From Candidatus Omnitrophota bacterium (GTDB taxonomy: Bacteria > Omnitrophota > Gorgyraeia > Zapsychrales > Fredricksoniimonadaceae): a DNA stretch of 64,000 bases. The DNA lies in NCBI GenBank assembly GCA_030650275.1, contig JAUSEK010000004.1, forward strand, positions 24,196 to 88,195. The letters are read 5' to 3'. A program made the position numbers and the translations under genes. The stretch's first letter is position 1. Each line of letters starts with the position of its first letter. Below the pieces are notes generated by a model. That model searched no databases and had not been told where the DNA came from. It saw nothing but the letters and a program-made list of their open reading frames with translations. Shown here in pieces: positions 1-8,903 of this stretch.

Positions 1-444
1 CGCTGCCGGAATTTTGGCCGGTTCTTTGGCAGCAGGCGCTATTTCTTCCTTGGCCTTGGATCTTTTCTGGCCGCTGATGATGGTCCGGCTTTTTTCCGTC
101 AATTCCAGGAACACCAGCTGGGCATTATCACCGGCACGTTGATTAAAAGGAATGATGCGGGTGTATCCACCCGGACGCTCTTTGAAACGCGGGGACGTCT
201 CTTTAAAAAGCCGGGACACCAGGACATGGTCGCACAGGATGGCGAACGCCCGACGGCGGGCGGCCAGCGTGTCCCTCTTACCCAGCGTGATGAGCCGGTC
301 AATGAGTTTTCTGGCCTCTTTGGCCTTGGCGCGCGTGGTGCAGATGCGCTCCTGGATCAGCGTCGCCTTGGCCATGTCGCGCAAGGTGGCCTTGCGCAAA
401 CTTTGATTACGGCTTAGACGGTTCCCTGCTTTCCTATGTCTCAT
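1..444 (-). CDS. rplQ: 50S ribosomal protein L17, 3' end truncated by window edge; long Lys/Ala/Pro-rich C-terminal extension
   Basis: Manual translation of minus strand from ATG at 444 gives MRHRKAGNRLSRNQSLRKATLRDMAKATL..., a canonical L17 N-terminus; no stop before position 1; ATGA overlap with rpoA stop (441-443); expected position downstream of rpoA. Confidence 0.88.
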   Translation of the reverse strand, partial: MRHRKAGNRLSRNQSLRKATLRDMAKATLIQERICTTRAKAKEARKLIDRLITLGKRDTLAARRRAFAILCDHVLVSRLFKETSPRFKERPGGYTRIIPFNQRAGDNAQLVFLELTEKSRTIISGQKRSKAKEEIAPAAKEPAKIPAA

Positions 445-1439
445 GATCCGCTCTTTGCTTTCAATTTCTTCGAATCAACCTTCATCCCCAAAGCAAGGCC
501 CATGCCTTTGAGCAATTCGGCGATCTCGGTCAGCGATTTCTTTCCGAAATTACGGAATTCCAGAAGTTCGGCTTCCTGGCGTTTGACCAGGTCCCCGATG
601 GTCTTGATATTGGCGTCCTTCAGGCAGTTGGACGAACGCACGGAGAGCTCCAGTTCGGAGATGGGAAGGCGCAGTTTGGTATACAAGGCCTCTTCCTCGG
701 CGGAGACCTCCTCCTCCTCCACTTCCTCTTCGGGCAACTGACCATAGGCGACAAACACGTCCAAATGGCGCTGGAGGATGTTGGCCCCGTACAAAAGCGC
801 TTCTTTGGGGTTAATGGCCCCATTGGTGAAAATTTCCAACAGCAGGCGGTCATAATCGGTGCGCTGTCCCACGCGGGTATTCTCAACGGTAAAATTCACC
901 TTCACGATGGGGGTGAAAATGGAATCCACCGCGATGGTGCCCAAAGGCGCGCCTTCTTTTTTGTTCTGGTCCGCCGGAACATAACCGCGGCCGCGGGCGA
1001 TCTCCAGTTCCATGTTAAAAGGAATGTCCTGCGTCAACGTGGCGACGTGGTGTTCGGGATTCAAAAGCTCGATGACCTCGTCAAAGATGATGTCCTTGGC
1101 CCTGATCTCGCCTTTTTTATTGGCCTTGACATAAACCGTCTTGGGGGCCTTGGAATGCGAACGCACGATGAGCCCTTTGATGTTCAGGACGATCTCGGTC
1201 ACGGACTCCAGGACGCCGGGCATGGTGGAAAATTCGTGCGACACGCCCTCAATGCGGATGGACGTGACCGCGCTGCCTTCAATGGAGGACAATAAAATAC
1301 GGCGCAGGGAATTGCCCAGGGTCACGCCATAACCGCGCTCAAAGGGTTCAGCAATGAATTTTCCATAAATATTGGTATAGCCGGACTCTTCGCAGTCCAA
1401 ACGTTTCGGCATCTGAAAATCACGCCATTTAACACCCAT
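441..1439 (-). CDS. rpoA: DNA-directed RNA polymerase alpha subunit
   Basis: 332-aa ORF; N-terminal and C-terminal domain motifs typical of RpoA; rpsD-rpoA-rplQ synteny. Confidence 0.95.
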   Translation of the reverse strand: MGVKWRDFQMPKRLDCEESGYTNIYGKFIAEPFERGYGVTLGNSLRRILLSSIEGSAVTSIRIEGVSHEFSTMPGVLESVTEIVLNIKGLIVRSHSKAPKTVYVKANKKGEIRAKDIIFDEVIELLNPEHHVATLTQDIPFNMELEIARGRGYVPADQNKKEGAPLGTIAVDSIFTPIVKVNFTVENTRVGQRTDYDRLLLEIFTNGAINPKEALLYGANILQRHLDVFVAYGQLPEEEVEEEEVSAEEEALYTKLRLPISELELSVRSSNCLKDANIKTIGDLVKRQEAELLEFRNFGKKSLTEIAELLKGMGLALGMKVDSKKLKAKSGS

Positions 1440-1457
1440 TGTCTTATCCTCCGTGAT

Positions 1458-2087
1458 TTACCTTGAATAAAGCTCGACGATCAATTGCTCGTTGATGGGA
1501 AAACCAATGTCCTCACGCATCGGGACGCGCACGACTTTGCCCTTCAAATTTGCCGCGTCCGCCTCAAGCCAGGCGGGGACCTTGCGCTCCTTGGTCACCT
1601 CAACGTTGACCTTGATGGTGCCGGTCGTCTTGGCGTCGGTCTTGATCTCCACAATGTCATTGGGTTTGACCAAGAAAGAAGCGATGTTCACGCGCCGTCC
1701 GTTGACGGCCACGTGATTATGGCTGACGATCTGGCGGGCATCCGTGCGGGACTTCGCGAAACCCAGATTGAACACAACACTGTCCAAACGGCGTTCCAAA
1801 AATTGTAAAAGCACGGTGCCGGCGACACCCTTGGTGCTCACCGCCTTGATGAAATAATTCCTGAACTGCTTTTCAAGCACGCCGTAAATGCGCTTGACCT
1901 TCTGTTTTTCGCGCAGTTGGACGCCGAAATTCGACAGTTTGGTCGTCCTCCTTAACCCATGCTGGCCTGGGGGATATTCCCGGCGGGATATGGCGCATTT
2001 ATGCGTATAGCAACGCGCGCCTTTCAAGAAAAGTTTCTCGCCTTCCCGGCGGCACAAACGGCAATCTGGTCCTAAATCACGTCCCAT
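1458..2087 (-). CDS. rpsD: 30S ribosomal protein S4
   Basis: 209-aa ORF with zinc-ribbon-like CRLCRREGEKLFLKGARC N-terminus and S4 domain; alpha-operon synteny. Confidence 0.95.
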   Translation of the reverse strand: MGRDLGPDCRLCRREGEKLFLKGARCYTHKCAISRREYPPGQHGLRRTTKLSNFGVQLREKQKVKRIYGVLEKQFRNYFIKAVSTKGVAGTVLLQFLERRLDSVVFNLGFAKSRTDARQIVSHNHVAVNGRRVNIASFLVKPNDIVEIKTDAKTTGTIKVNVEVTKERKVPAWLEADAANLKGKVVRVPMREDIGFPINEQLIVELYSR

Positions 2088-2200
2088 ATTCTTGTATTTC
2101 CTCTCGATTCATTTTGTCACCCCCGAATGTTTTTATCGGGGGTCCAGAGTTGGCTAGTGTCTGGATTCCCGACAGAAGCATTCGGGAATGACATCCTATT

Positions 2201-2644
2201 TTATACCCTGCGCTTTTTGCGCTGACGGCATCCGTTATGCGGGATGGGCGTCACGTCCTTGATAGACGTCACCATCAAGCCTGCCCCTGCCAGCGCGCGG
2301 ATCGCGGACTCGCGGCCTGAACCGGGTCCTCTGACAAAAACATCCACGCTCATCAAACCCAATTCCTTGGCCCTGCGGGCGGCATCGGTGGCCGCGATCT
2401 GCGCCGCGAACGGCGTGCTTTTCTTGGAACCGTGGAAACCGACCAGGCCCGGCGTCGCCCAAACGATGGTATTGCCCTGCTTGTCACTGATGGTGATGAT
2501 GGTATTGTTGAACGTCGCCTGAATGGTGACAATGCCGCTGGTGATCCCTTTGAGGGATTTTTTGCGGGCCTTGGCAGCTTTCTTGACGAGGGGCTGCTGT
2601 TGCTGTTGTTTTTGTTGTTCGGGTTGTTCAGGTTTTGTGGCCAT
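2201..2644 (-). CDS. rpsK: 30S ribosomal protein S11 (with poly-Gln N-terminal extension)
   Basis: 147-aa ORF; C-terminal ...[18 protein letters not shown]... is canonical S11; N-terminal [18 protein letters not shown] extension. Confidence 0.95.
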   Translation of the reverse strand: MATKPEQPEQQKQQQQQPLVKKAAKARKKSLKGITSGIVTIQATFNNTIITISDKQGNTIVWATPGLVGFHGSKKSTPFAAQIAATDAARRAKELGLMSVDVFVRGPGSGRESAIRALAGAGLMVTSIKDVTPIPHNGCRQRKKRRV

Positions 2645-2650
2645 AAATTT

Positions 2651-3058
2651 TTATTCCTTATTCGGCTTTTTGGCGGCCGGGGCCTCCGCCTTCTGGATGA
2701 TATGTCCCGTGACCGCTTTTTTGCCCTTGCGGGTACGGGCATTGGTCTTGGTGCGCTGACCGCGCACAGGCAAACCCTTGCGATGACGCAGGCCGCGGTA
2801 AGACCCCATTTCCATGTGCCGGCGTATGTTCTCGTTGTTCTCACGGCGCAGATCGCCTTCAACGACAAAGCCCTTCTGGATGATGGTGGTGATCCGCGTG
2901 ATCTCCTCTTCGGTGAGGTCCTTGGCGCGCTTGTCCACGCTGACCTGCGCTTGCGTCAAAATATTTTTAGAACGGGTCGGCCCGATCCCGTATATATAAG
3001 GAAGGGCGGCCTCGATGCGCTTTTCTTTGGGAAGATCTATCCCTAAAATTCTCGGCAT
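2651..3058 (-). CDS. rpsM: 30S ribosomal protein S13
   Basis: 135-aa [29 protein letters not shown]... canonical S13. Confidence 0.95.
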   Translation of the reverse strand: MPRILGIDLPKEKRIEAALPYIYGIGPTRSKNILTQAQVSVDKRAKDLTEEEITRITTIIQKGFVVEGDLRRENNENIRRHMEMGSYRGLRHRKGLPVRGQRTKTNARTRKGKKAVTGHIIQKAEAPAAKKPNKE

Positions 3059-3064
3059 ACGTTG

Positions 3065-3178
3065 TTATCCTTGTCTTTGCTTATGTTTGGGGTTGATGCA
3101 GATGACCCGCACGACCCTCTTGCGACGGACGATCTTGCAATTGCCGCAAATCCTTTTAACGGATGATTTGACCTTCAT
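3065..3178 (-). CDS. rpmJ: 50S ribosomal protein L36
   Basis: Not in ORF track (too short). Manual translation: [37 protein letters not shown] (37 aa), zinc-ribbon CxxC...C...H, between infA and rpsM as expected. Confidence 0.85.
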   Translation of the reverse strand: MKVKSSVKRICGNCKIVRRKRVVRVICINPKHKQRQG

Positions 3179-3188
3179 TTTTTATTCC

Positions 3189-3407
3189 TCATTTCAATCT
3201 GAATGTGATCCGCCCCCGGCTCAAGTCGTACGGGGAAAGTTCCACTTTCACTTTATCGCCGGGCAATATCCGGATGAAATTCATGCGGATCTTCCCCGAA
3301 ACATGCGCCAGGACCTTATGGCCGTTGTCCAGAACAACGCGGAACATGGCATTGGGAAGCGCCTCTCCCACGACTCCTTCGACTTCGATCAGGTCTTCTT
3401 TGGCCAT
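3189..3407 (-). CDS. infA: translation initiation factor IF-1
   Basis: 72-aa [16 protein letters not shown]...[14 protein letters not shown], canonical IF-1 S1-like fold sequence. Confidence 0.95.
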   Translation of the reverse strand: MAKEDLIEVEGVVGEALPNAMFRVVLDNGHKVLAHVSGKIRMNFIRILPGDKVKVELSPYDLSRGRITFRLK

Positions 3408-3410
3408 AAG

Positions 3411-4166
3411 CTATTGTGTCAGTATTTCCGGCCCCTGGGCTGTGACGACAACCGTATGCTCAAAATGAGCGGACGGTTGACCGTCCGCGGTCACCACGGT
3501 CCAGCCGTCTTTCAATATCTTCGTCCGGTGCGTTCCCATGTTGACCATGGGCTCTATGGCCAGCACCATCCCCGGTTTCAAAACAGGCCCCTGATGGGGC
3601 GGGCCGTAATTAGGGATCTCCGGGTCTTCGTGCAATTGCCTGCCGATGCCGTGTCCGACAAAATCCCGCACCACCGAAAATCCGTGCAATTCCACATAAC
3701 TTTGCACGGCAAAAGAAATATCAGAGAGCCGGTTGTCCGCGCGCGCCTGTTCAATGCCCTTATACAAGGACGCTTGGGCCACCTGCAGCAGGCGTTGGGT
3801 CTCGGGGGCCACACGGCCGATCGGGACCGTCACGGCGGTATCGGAATAATAATCGTCGTGGATAATGCCCACATCAAGGCTGACAATATCGCCCTCTTTG
3901 AGGACATACCCGCCGGGAATGCCGTGCACCACCCCCTCATTGACCGAAATGCAGGCCGACGCGGGGAACCCGTGATAGCCCTTGAACGCGGGGAGCACGT
4001 TGTGCCGCTTGACCAGCGCTTCGGCCCTGGCGTCAATGCCCTTGGTCGTCATTCCAACTGTTAAAGAGCCCTTCAATTCCTCAATAATGGAAGACAAAAT
4101 TTTACCAGCTTTGCGTAAAATGTCAATCTCGCCGGGGCTTTTGATCTTGATCTGGCTTGTTGTCAT
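3411..4166 (-). CDS. map: type I methionine aminopeptidase
   Basis: 251-aa ORF with MetAP metal-binding residue pattern (D..D..H..E..E); position between adk and infA; 44-nt overlap with adk 3' end. Confidence 0.9.
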   Translation of the reverse strand: MTTSQIKIKSPGEIDILRKAGKILSSIIEELKGSLTVGMTTKGIDARAEALVKRHNVLPAFKGYHGFPASACISVNEGVVHGIPGGYVLKEGDIVSLDVGIIHDDYYSDTAVTVPIGRVAPETQRLLQVAQASLYKGIEQARADNRLSDISFAVQSYVELHGFSVVRDFVGHGIGRQLHEDPEIPNYGPPHQGPVLKPGMVLAIEPMVNMGTHRTKILKDGWTVVTADGQPSAHFEHTVVVTAQGPEILTQ

Positions 4167-4833
4167 TGAGGATGCTGATCAAATGGTCGCGCACATCCGT
4201 TGTTTGGGCGTTGCCGTCGACCTCTTTTAATTTTTTCTGCCTGGCATAATAATCGATAATAGGTTTTGTGCTGGTGGCGTAGACATCCATGCGCTTGCGG
4301 ATGGTGTCCTCATTATCGTCGGAACGCTGATACACTGGTCCGCCGCAAAGGTCGCACACGCCCTGCGTCTTGGGCGGTTTATTCGTTAAATGGTAAAGAG
4401 CGCCGCATGTCTTGCACACCCGCCGGCCCGTGAGGCGCATCAGGATGATGTCCAGGTCAGCCCGCATGTAAAGAGCAAAATCCAAAGGTTTTTTGGCCTT
4501 GGCCAGCATCGCGTCCAGGTCCTGGGCCTGCTTGACCGTGCGGGGAAACCCGTCGAGCATATACCCTTGGGCCAGGTCCGGGTCATGGCTCACTTTTTCC
4601 TGGACCAGCCGCGTGACCACGTCATCGGGGACCAATTCTCCCCTTTCAACGAAACCTTTGATTTCTTGGCCCAAGACGGAAATTTTTCCGCCGGAGGCGG
4701 ATCCGCCTTTGGCGGACATCTCCTCACGGAGCATATCGCCGGTGGAAATGTGCGCGATGCCCGTCATGCCCTTGATGAACCCTGCCAAAGAACCTTTGCC
4801 CGCGCCCGGAGGACCCAAAAGCACGATCCTCAT
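4123..4833 (-). CDS. adk: adenylate kinase (contains in-frame 9-aa [10 protein letters not shown] insert from a GC palindrome)
   Basis: ORF-track ORF extends to 5028, but the Adk P-loop start MRIVLLGPPGAGKGS lies at 4833, giving an ATGA overlap with the secY stop; LID-domain Cys4 motif CKTCG...CDLCGG present. Confidence 0.88.
   Translation of the reverse strand: MRIVLLGPPGAGKGSLAGFIKGMTGIAHISTGDMLREEMSAKGGSASGGKISVLGQEIKGFVERGELVPDDVVTRLVQEKVSHDPDLAQGYMLDGFPRTVKQAQDLDAMLAKAKKPLDFALYMRADLDIILMRLTGRRVCKTCGALYHLTNKPPKTQGVCDLCGGPVYQRSDDNEDTIRKRMDVYATSTKPIIDYYARQKKLKEVDGNAQTTDVRDHLISILNDNKPDQDQKPRRD
4684..4718 (-). repeat. 35-nt GC-rich palindromic element ttttccgccggaggcggatccgcctttggcggaca inside adk
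   Basis: Identical 35-mer at 14843..14877 inside rplC; both in-frame, encoding [10 protein letters not shown]. Confidence 0.75.
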
Positions 4834-6188
4834 CGCCGTCCCCGGAGCTGCCCCGTTTTCATGAAGCCCTCGTAATGGTGCATCTGCAGATGCGACTCGA
4901 CCTGCTTCATGGTATCGAGCATGACCCCGACGGTGATGAGAACGCCCGTGCCCCCGAAGAAGGACGCCACCAGATACGGCACTTTGAACGAGGCCATGAT
5001 GGCATCTGGCATGACGGCGATGCAGCAAATAAAAAGAGCACCGACCAGGGTGACGCGCGTCAGGACATAATCCAGATGATCCGCGGTTTCCTTGCCCGGA
5101 CGTATGCCGGGGACAAACCCCCCATGTTTCTTCAAATTTTCCGAAACATCCACGGGGTTAAAAACAATGGCCGTGTAAAAATAACAAAAGAAAATGATCA
5201 AAAACGCGTAGAGGGCGTAATAGCTGAAATTCCCGCGCGAGATCCATGTCATCGCGTGCTGCAAGGGGCCCTGGGGCCAGAAACTCGCGATCGTCGCCGG
5301 AAAAAGAATGACGGATTGCGCGAAAATGATGGCGATGATGCCCGCGGTGTCCACCTTCAAAGGGATGAACGTCGAGGACCCTCCGGTCGCCTGCGTCCCC
5401 GTCATGCGCCGCGCGTACTGGACCGGGATGCGCCGCTGGCCCTGGGACACCATGGTCGTTGAAATGATGACCGCAATGAGGAAAAAGACCATCAGCACCA
5501 GCGCGATCGGCTGCAATTGACTGGCCCCGCTTTTAGAGGACAATAACAAATTCAGGTAATGAAGCGCCGTCGGCGCCGAGGAGATGATGCCCGCGGTGAT
5601 GATCAGGGACACGCCGTTGCCGACCCCCCGTTCCTGGATGCGCTCGCCCAGCCACATCAAAAATACACTGCCCGCGGTCAGGGTGATGACGCTCGTGAAC
5701 CTGAAACCCCAGCCGGGATCGTTGACGATCTGCAAACCGCCGAATGTCGAAGGACTTTCAAGCCAAAGAGCGATAAAAAATGACTGCACCAGGGACAATA
5801 GCACGGTGCCGTAACGGGTGAACTGGTTGATCTTCCGGTAACCCGCCTGGCCTTCCTTGGATAATTTCTCCAGGGACGGGATCACGGCCGTCAACAGCTG
5901 CATGATGATCGAGCTGGAGATATACGGCATGACCCCCAGAGAAAAGATCGTCAATTTTCCCAACGCCCCGCCGGAGAACATGTTCATGATGGAGAACACG
6001 TTGCCGCCGCCGGTGGTGCTGTCCATGCGCGCAAAGAACTCATTGAGCGCCACCCCGTTGATGCCGGGGGTCGGGATATAACAACCCAGGCGATAGACCG
6101 CCAGGATCCCCAGGGTAAAAAGGATCTTGTTGCGCAATTCCTCGATCTTAAAACAATTCGTCAACCCCTGGAGGAATTGGGCTATCAT
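4830..6188 (-). CDS. secY: preprotein translocase subunit SecY
   Basis: 452-aa 10-TM ORF with SecY signature regions; follows rplO. Confidence 0.95.
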   Translation of the reverse strand: MIAQFLQGLTNCFKIEELRNKILFTLGILAVYRLGCYIPTPGINGVALNEFFARMDSTTGGGNVFSIMNMFSGGALGKLTIFSLGVMPYISSSIIMQLLTAVIPSLEKLSKEGQAGYRKINQFTRYGTVLLSLVQSFFIALWLESPSTFGGLQIVNDPGWGFRFTSVITLTAGSVFLMWLGERIQERGVGNGVSLIITAGIISSAPTALHYLNLLLSSKSGASQLQPIALVLMVFFLIAVIISTTMVSQGQRRIPVQYARRMTGTQATGGSSTFIPLKVDTAGIIAIIFAQSVILFPATIASFWPQGPLQHAMTWISRGNFSYYALYAFLIIFFCYFYTAIVFNPVDVSENLKKHGGFVPGIRPGKETADHLDYVLTRVTLVGALFICCIAVMPDAIMASFKVPYLVASFFGGTGVLITVGVMLDTMKQVESHLQMHHYEGFMKTGQLRGRR

Positions 6189-6195
6189 CGATAAG

Positions 6196-6654
6196 TTATT
6201 TCACGGCCTGCCGGGTCAAAACTTCCGCTTTCCCGCCGGCCTTGGTGATCTTGTCCTGGGCGGTCTTGGAAAAACGATGCGCCTGCACGGTCAATTTTTT
6301 AGTGATCACACCATCGCTTAAGATCTTCACGGGCCTGCGCAAGGTCTTGATCAAACGGGCGTCTTTGAGCGAATCAGGACCGACCACGGCGCCGTCATCA
6401 AAACGGTTCAGGGCCTCGACATCAACGATCTGGTATTCCGCCGGCCATTTGCTGTTAAACCCGACCTTGGGCAAACGGCGCAAAAGGCTCATCTGTCCGC
6501 CTTCATACCCGAGCAGGACCCCGCGGCCGGAGCGGGAATTCTGACCTGTCTGTCCGCGTCCGGAACGTTTGCCGTGCCCGGTCCCGCGGCCGCGGCCGAC
6601 GATCTTCTTGCGCTTGCGGGAACCTGATGGAGACCTCAGCTGATGCGATTGCAT
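6196..6654 (-). CDS. rplO: 50S ribosomal protein L15
   Basis: 152-aa ORF, Gly/Arg-rich N-terminus typical of L15. Confidence 0.95.
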   Translation of the reverse strand: MQSHQLRSPSGSRKRKKIVGRGRGTGHGKRSGRGQTGQNSRSGRGVLLGYEGGQMSLLRRLPKVGFNSKWPAEYQIVDVEALNRFDDGAVVGPDSLKDARLIKTLRRPVKILSDGVITKKLTVQAHRFSKTAQDKITKAGGKAEVLTRQAVK

Positions 6655-6666
6655 ATATGGATATCC

Positions 6667-7329
6667 TTACGGGCGATCAATGATCGCCCCTACTGATGTT
6701 CTCTGGGCCTTCAACCGCGACAACCCGTCGAACGTCGCTTTCACGACGTTGATGGGATTGTTGGAACGATGGCATTTGGTCAAAATATTGGAAATACCCG
6801 CGCCGTCGCAAACCGCGCGCACCGCGCCGGAAGCGATGACCCCGGTCCCTTCGGACGCTGGCTTCAAAAGGACCTTGGCAGAACCGCAGGAGCCCAGGAT
6901 CTCATGGGTGATCGTCGTGCCGCGCCGCGCGATGACGATCATTTCTTTTTTAGCGGTGTTGAAGCCCTTCTTGATGGCAGCGGCCACTTCACCGGCCTTG
7001 CCTAAACCGTAACCGACCTTGCCTTTACCGTCGCCGACAACAACCAGCGCGGAGAACGAGAGACGCTTCCCGCCTTTATTGGTTTTGGTCACACGGTTAA
7101 TGGACACCACTTTTTCAATAAGCCCGCTGTCGGACAAAGATCCTTGTTTTTTGGGTGGTCTGCGCTGTTCTCCCCGTCCACCGCGGCGATTTCTGCCGCC
7201 GCCTCCCTGCTGCCCCGGGGCAGCTGGAACAACGGCCGGCGTTTGGACGGCTGCTTCGGGTAAAACCACCGGCTGTTCCACGGCTTCGGCAGCGGCCTCT
7301 TCGTCTTTGTTCGGATCTTCCATGGTCAT
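6667..7329 (-). CDS. rpsE: 30S ribosomal protein S5 with ~60-aa Ala/Pro/Gly/Arg-rich N-terminal extension
   Basis: 220-aa ORF; core ...[26 protein letters not shown]... is canonical S5; no rpmD (L30) between rpsE and rplO. Confidence 0.95.
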   Translation of the reverse strand: MTMEDPNKDEEAAAEAVEQPVVLPEAAVQTPAVVPAAPGQQGGGGRNRRGGRGEQRRPPKKQGSLSDSGLIEKVVSINRVTKTNKGGKRLSFSALVVVGDGKGKVGYGLGKAGEVAAAIKKGFNTAKKEMIVIARRGTTITHEILGSCGSAKVLLKPASEGTGVIASGAVRAVCDGAGISNILTKCHRSNNPINVVKATFDGLSRLKAQRTSVGAIIDRP

Positions 7330-7691
7330 TAAAACTCCAGTCCGGCTTTACGCGCGGCTTCGGCGAACGCTTTGATCCGCCCGTGATATAAATAACCTCC
7401 GCGGTCAAAACACACTTGAGTGATCCCTTTCTTAACAGCCTCGGCCGCCAGGGTCTGGCCCAAAACAGCGGCGGCATTGATGTTACCGCCTGTCTTGATC
7501 TTGGCGCGCACGTCCTTGGCCAGCGTGCTTTTGCCCAAAATGATCCTGCCCGCGCTATCGTCGATGATCTGGGCCTGCAAATTGTTCAAACTGCGGTGAA
7601 CGCACAAACGCGGCCGCTGGGGTGTTCCGGCTAGCCCCTTACGGATGCGCTGGTGGCGGGCTGATCTTTTATGTTCTTTGACGGATAACAT
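7329..7691 (-). CDS. rplR: 50S ribosomal protein L18
   Basis: 120-aa ORF, canonical L18; spc-operon order. Confidence 0.95.
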   Translation of the reverse strand: MLSVKEHKRSARHQRIRKGLAGTPQRPRLCVHRSLNNLQAQIIDDSAGRIILGKSTLAKDVRAKIKTGGNINAAAVLGQTLAAEAVKKGITQVCFDRGGYLYHGRIKAFAEAARKAGLEF

Positions 7692-7707
7692 ATTTAACCT
7701 TGCTTAA

Positions 7708-7736
7708 GTACAGACGCAGCATTGCTGCGTCTCTAC
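7708..7736 (-). repeat. 29-nt palindromic hairpin gtacagacgcagcattgctgcgtctctac in rplF-rplR spacer; its 3' ctac supplies the rplF TAG stop
   Basis: Near-identical copy at 8290..8318 (1-2 nt difference in loop). Confidence 0.6.
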
Positions 7737-8272
7737 TTCGTCACTTGCTTACCCTGTTTGCGCCTGACAAATTCACCGACATAACGGATGCCTTTGCCCT
7801 TATACGGCTCCGGCGGCTTGAATTCGCGGATCTTGGCCGCGACCAGGCCCACGAGCGCCTTGTCCACGCCTTCAATGGCGATCTCCGTCGGTTTGGCAGA
7901 GGTGACCTTCACCTCTTTGGGAAATTCATATTCGATCGGATGGCTGAACCCTAAACTCATGACCAGTTTATTGCCCTGCACCGCGGCGCGAAAACCGACG
8001 CCCTGGATCTCCAACTGCTTGCGGTGGCCGTTGGTGACCCCCTCGCACATGTTGGCGATGATGCGCTTGGTCGTCCCGTGATTGGACCTGCTCTGTTCGG
8101 TATCATTGAGGCGATTGACGAACAGTTTGTCTTCCTTATGTTCCAACACGACGCCGGAAGGGATGTTCATGGACAATTTTCCCCTGGGCCCCTCAATATT
8201 GACCTTGGCCGCGTCGAAATCAACCTTGACGTTCTTGGGCAGGACAACGGGTGTTTTGGCGATGCGTGACAT
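7733..8272 (-). CDS. rplF: 50S ribosomal protein L6
   Basis: 179-aa ORF, canonical L6. Confidence 0.95.
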   Translation of the reverse strand: MSRIAKTPVVLPKNVKVDFDAAKVNIEGPRGKLSMNIPSGVVLEHKEDKLFVNRLNDTEQSRSNHGTTKRIIANMCEGVTNGHRKQLEIQGVGFRAAVQGNKLVMSLGFSHPIEYEFPKEVKVTSAKPTEIAIEGVDKALVGLVAAKIREFKPPEPYKGKGIRYVGEFVRRKQGKQVTK

Positions 8273-8289
8273 AACGGATTCCTTTATCT

Positions 8290-8318
8290 GTACAGACGCA
8301 GCAATGCTGCGTCTCTAC
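8290..8318 (-). repeat. 29-nt palindromic hairpin gtacagacgcagcaatgctgcgtctctac in rpsH-rplF spacer; 3' ctac supplies the rpsH TAG stop
   Basis: Second copy of the 7708..7736 element. Confidence 0.6.
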
Positions 8319-8710
8319 CAAATATAACAAACCACTTCGCCGCCGATCTTCAGCTTCCTGGCTTCGCGGTCGGTGATGATCCCTTTGGACGTGGACAACA
8401 CCGCCGTACCCAGGCCGCTGATGACGCGCGGGATGCGGCCATTGTCCGCGTACACGCGAAGCCCTGGACGGGAAACGCGTTTTAATCCTATGATGCCGGG
8501 CTTATTGTCCGCGTATTTCAAATATACTTTCAGGACCCCCTGCTTGTTGTCCTTCAAAAGGCGGTAATCCTCGATATAACCGTCGTTCTTGAAAATGCCC
8601 ATCACCCGCTCCAGCAGTTTTGAAGCGCGAAACTCCACGGTTTGCTTGCGCGCCCCAAGGGCATTGCGGATGATCGTTAATGTATCGGCGATCGGATCGG
8701 AAACAGACAT
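8315..8710 (-). CDS. rpsH: 30S ribosomal protein S8
   Basis: 131-aa ORF canonical S8. Confidence 0.95.
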   Translation of the reverse strand: MSVSDPIADTLTIIRNALGARKQTVEFRASKLLERVMGIFKNDGYIEDYRLLKDNKQGVLKVYLKYADNKPGIIGLKRVSRPGLRVYADNGRIPRVISGLGTAVLSTSKGIITDREARKLKIGGEVVCYIW

Positions 8711-8895
8711 TACCAGCTCGCTTTCTTAACGCCCGGGATCTCGCCTTTCCAGGCCAATTCCCGAAAGCAAATACGGCAAGTGCCGAAACGGCGCAGAAAC
8801 CCGCGCGAACGGCCGCACAATCCGCAGCGGTTATGCTGGCGGACGGGAAATTTCGGTTTCATTAATGATTTGTTGATCAATCCTTTTTTTGCCAT
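8710..8895 (-). CDS. rpsN: 30S ribosomal protein S14 type Z (zinc-binding, 61 aa)
   Basis: 61 aa with CGLCGRSRG...CRIC Cys4 motif. Confidence 0.9.
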   Translation of the reverse strand: MAKKGLINKSLMKPKFPVRQHNRCGLCGRSRGFLRRFGTCRICFRELAWKGEIPGVKKASW

Positions 8896-8903
8896 AAATT
8901 CCC

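Noticed and set aside
2088-2200. S4 autoregulatory leader upstream of rpsD (two small hairpins cccccga…tcggggg and attcccga…tcgggaat)
   Set aside because: Hairpins are present, but no pseudoknot or similarity to known S4-binding leaders is evident; it is too speculative to list as a feature.
2353-2868. 171-aa minus-strand ORF overlapping rpsK and rpsM
   Set aside because: An alternative-frame overlap of two canonical r-protein genes. Pro/Arg/Ser-rich with no domain.
4833-5028. N-terminal 65-aa extension of the adk ORF in the track (MLHRRHARCHHG…)
   Set aside because: His/Arg-rich junk overlapping the secY 3' end. The conserved Adk P-loop N-terminus begins at the internal Met (MRIVLLGPPGAGKG), which gives a clean ATGA junction with secY.
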